Below are positions 61,899-64,000 of a stretch of 64,000 nt of DNA, in pieces (the first letter of the stretch is position 1; every line of letters begins with the position of its first letter). The DNA is taken from assembly GCA_963828255.1 (NCBI GenBank), contig CAWHDZ010000023.1:1-64000 (forward strand). Direction: 5' to 3'. The position numbers and the translations under genes were made by a program. The notes beneath the pieces are model-generated. The model was not told where the DNA came from, made no database searches, and was given only the letters and a program-made list of their open reading frames with translations. Source of the DNA: an uncultured delta proteobacterium. Lineage in GTDB: Bacteria > Myxococcota > Myxococcia > Myxococcales > Anaeromyxobacteraceae.

Positions 61899-62596
61899 GG
61901 CGGCCTCGGTGGTGCGCCCTCGGGCGCGGTCTCGCCCAGCTCCGCGGCGAGTACGGACACGAGAGGGGATTCGGGGGAGCGGGAGCGGAGGAGGGCGAGC
62001 AGCTCGCGCGCCTCGTCGGGCCTCTCGTTCCTCCGGAGGAAGCGGGCCTTCTCGACGAGCTTCGCCGAGGCCACGTCGCCAGGCAGCGTCGTCACCCGGT
62101 CGGTGAGGATCCAGGTGCTCGCCCCGGGGCCGGCGTCCACCTCGGTGAAGAGGTCCTTGGTCTTCCGGATGAAGAGGAGCGTGCCCGGGTCGAGCTTGCG
62201 GCGCGCGTTGGCCGCGAGGAGGTCGGGGCGGTCGAAGGCCCAGGCCACCGCCAGCACGGTTCCCTCCTGGACCTGGGAGGCGGGGAGGAGGGAGGCGCTC
62301 TTCATCCAGCCCTCCGCGCCGTCCGATGCGCGGACCCGTGACCAGTCGTCCCGCCCCTCGAGGAGCGTGACGCGCTCCCCGCGGTGTAGGGTTGCGATCT
62401 TCACCCTGGCCTGCTCGGTGGGCTCGCGCCGGAGGGTGGCGAGTACCGTGACGAAGCGGGACGCCGGGTCGGCCGGTGGCTCGGCCACTGCGCCGCCGGT
62501 GGGGAGGTCGAGCTTGCCCGGGCGGCCGTCGCGGCTGCAGGCAGGGAGGAGTGACGCAAGCGCTGCGGCGACGAGGATCGTTCTCCAGGGGGGCAT
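61895..62596 (-). CDS. SH3b-domain lipoprotein
   Basis: Lipobox LLPAC; LRREP..LHRGERVTLL..WSRVRASDGAEGWM. Confidence 0.8.
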   Translation of the reverse strand: MPPWRTILVAAALASLLPACSRDGRPGKLDLPTGGAVAEPPADPASRFVTVLATLRREPTEQARVKIATLHRGERVTLLEGRDDWSRVRASDGAEGWMKSASLLPASQVQEGTVLAVAWAFDRPDLLAANARRKLDPGTLLFIRKTKDLFTEVDAGPGASTWILTDRVTTLPGDVASAKLVEKARFLRRNERPDEARELLALLRSRSPESPLVSVLAAELGETAPEGAPPRPP

Positions 62597-62598
62597 CG

Positions 62599-62988
62599 TC
62601 ACCGCTTCCCGTGGACGAGGGTCTTCACCCCGGTCCGGAAGGTCACCTCGACCTTGCCGGGCGCCTTCACCGCGGAGACGAATCCCCGGCCGAACGTGGC
62701 GTGGTCGAGGACGTCGCCGGCCGCGAGGAGGACCGTGGGGGCGTAGCGGCGTGGCTCGCCGGTCTGGCCGGCCAGCATCTCGTCGAAGGAGACGGCGGGG
62801 GCGCGCTTGACGGTGCGCCCGGCCGTGCTCCTCGCCGCGGTCGAGGCGCCGCGGAAGCGGTGCACGTTCCGGCAGGTGTTGCACTCGACCTTCACCGGGA
62901 CGGCGCCGACCATGGCGATCACCGTGTGTGCGAGGAGCAACTGGCACCTCGTGCAGAACGCATCCACCTCGCCCCCGACGCTTGCCAT
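62599..62988 (-). CDS. Zn-ribbon plus Tudor/SH3-like small protein
   Basis: CTRC..H..CNTC..H; C-terminal GDVLDHATFGRGFV..VEVTF..GVKTL. Confidence 0.85.
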   Translation of the reverse strand: MASVGGEVDAFCTRCQLLLAHTVIAMVGAVPVKVECNTCRNVHRFRGASTAARSTAGRTVKRAPAVSFDEMLAGQTGEPRRYAPTVLLAAGDVLDHATFGRGFVSAVKAPGKVEVTFRTGVKTLVHGKR

Positions 62989-63090
62989 GTGGCGGCGGAG
63001 TATAGCCGCAAGGGATGCAGGGCGCAGGGCGTCGTTCGATGCTAGTGTGCGGGCTTCGCGCGAGGGCCGGGGACGGCCGGGGGAGGAGGC

Positions 63091-63840
63091 GTGGGGCGCA
63101 TCCGGGCGGTCTTCGAGGACTTCGGCGGGCAGGTGCTCTTCGCCGGCGAAACCCTGGCCTGGGCCGTCCGCCCCCCGTTCCGCCTCGAGCTGCTCCTCCA
63201 CCAGGCCGCCGCCATCGGGGTGGGGTCCACCTTCATCGTCGCCGTGACCGGCCTCTTCTCCGGGATGGTCCTGGCGCTCCAGGGCAACTACGCCATGCGG
63301 CAGTTCGGCGCCGAGGGCTACGTGGGCGGCTTCGTGGCCATCAGCCTGGTGCGCGAGCTGGGGCCGGTCTTCACGGCACTCATGGTCACCGGGCGGTCGG
63401 GCAGCGCCATCACCACCGAGCTCGGGACCATGCGGGTCACCGAGCAGATCGACGCCATGGAGTCGATGGCGGTGAACCCCGTCCACTACCTGGTCGTCCC
63501 CCGCGTGGTGGCGGCGACGCTCATGATGCCCGTCCTGTCGGTGGTCTTCACCGCCATGGGGTACCTGGGCGGCTACCTCATCGGCGTCTACGTCTCGCTC
63601 ATCCCGCCCGGCCCCTTCCTCGACCACACCAAGTCGATGCTCGACATCCCGGACATGACCCACGGCCTCTCCAAGGCCGTCATGTTCGGGGCGGTGGTCT
63701 CCCTCATCGCCACCTACCGGGGCTACAGCGCCGCGGGGGGCGCCCGGGGCGTGGGGGACGCCACCACCCAGGCGGTGGTCTGGAGCTCGGTCGCCATCCT
63801 GGTCGTGGACTACCTGCTCACCTTCATCTCCATCGGCTGA
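63091..63840 (+). CDS. mlaE: MlaE-family ABC permease
   Basis: RELGPVFTA, GRSGSA..ELGTMRVTEQIDA, GVGDATTQAVV. Confidence 0.94.
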   Translation: MGRIRAVFEDFGGQVLFAGETLAWAVRPPFRLELLLHQAAAIGVGSTFIVAVTGLFSGMVLALQGNYAMRQFGAEGYVGGFVAISLVRELGPVFTALMVTGRSGSAITTELGTMRVTEQIDAMESMAVNPVHYLVVPRVVAATLMMPVLSVVFTAMGYLGGYLIGVYVSLIPPGPFLDHTKSMLDIPDMTHGLSKAVMFGAVVSLIATYRGYSAAGGARGVGDATTQAVVWSSVAILVVDYLLTFISIG

Positions 63841-63850
63841 CCGCGTGGCG

Positions 63851-64000
63851 ATGATCCGGATCAGCGGCCTCTCCAAGGCCTTCGGCGACAAGGAGGTCCT
63901 CCGGGGGGTGAGCCTCGATGTCGAGGAGGGCACCACCTTCGTGGTCCTGGGGGCGTCGGGGTCGGGCAAGACGGTGCTCCTGAAGCACGTCATCGGGCTT
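63851..64000 (+). CDS. mlaF: MlaF-family ABC ATPase (3'-truncated by window edge)
   Basis: MIRISGLSKAFGDKEVLRGVSL..GASGSGKTVLLKHVIGL. Confidence 0.88.
   Translation, partial: MIRISGLSKAFGDKEVLRGVSLDVEEGTTFVVLGASGSGKTVLLKHVIGL

Overview
This is a GC-rich bacterial chromosome segment. Gene content and protein style point to a myxobacterium, probably Anaeromyxobacter-like (inference). 1-14.3 kb: the distal spc operon, alpha operon and rpsP-khpA-rimM-trmD-rplS cluster run contiguously, followed by a degenerate SMC/YhaN-like gene, yraN and rsmI. 14.3-35 kb: a sigma-54 two-component pair, a TPR lytic transglycosylase, an HNH nuclease, a J-like/HTH protein, rluD, an ABC exporter, speA, an MscS plus double cation:proton antiporter operon, and a binding protein/TPR lipoprotein/molybdoenzyme trio. 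35-53 kb: an accessory-looking block of outer-membrane and secreted proteins around an arylsulfatase/anSME/SulP unit, ending at a selenocysteine tRNA gene (selC, 53260-53355, minus strand) that the ORF track does not show. 53-64 kb: a HAD 5'-nucleotidase, an M16 peptidase pair, an RluA-family synthase, NatAB-type ABC genes with a TAP-like hydrolase, and mlaE/mlaF. Six full-length genes carry single frameshifts, three of them in G/C homopolymers, probably from long-read errors. The best leads are a promoter plus structured terminator-containing leader before rpmJ, the membrane-anchored pseudo-ATPase SMC-like gene, a stand-alone Zn-ribbon plus UvrD/PcrA-type Tudor protein, an atypical tRNA-Sec, an rluD lacking a canonical start, and recurrent leaderless promoters. 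I found no CRISPR array, integrase, transposase or rRNA. All family calls come from motif recognition by eye, not database searches.
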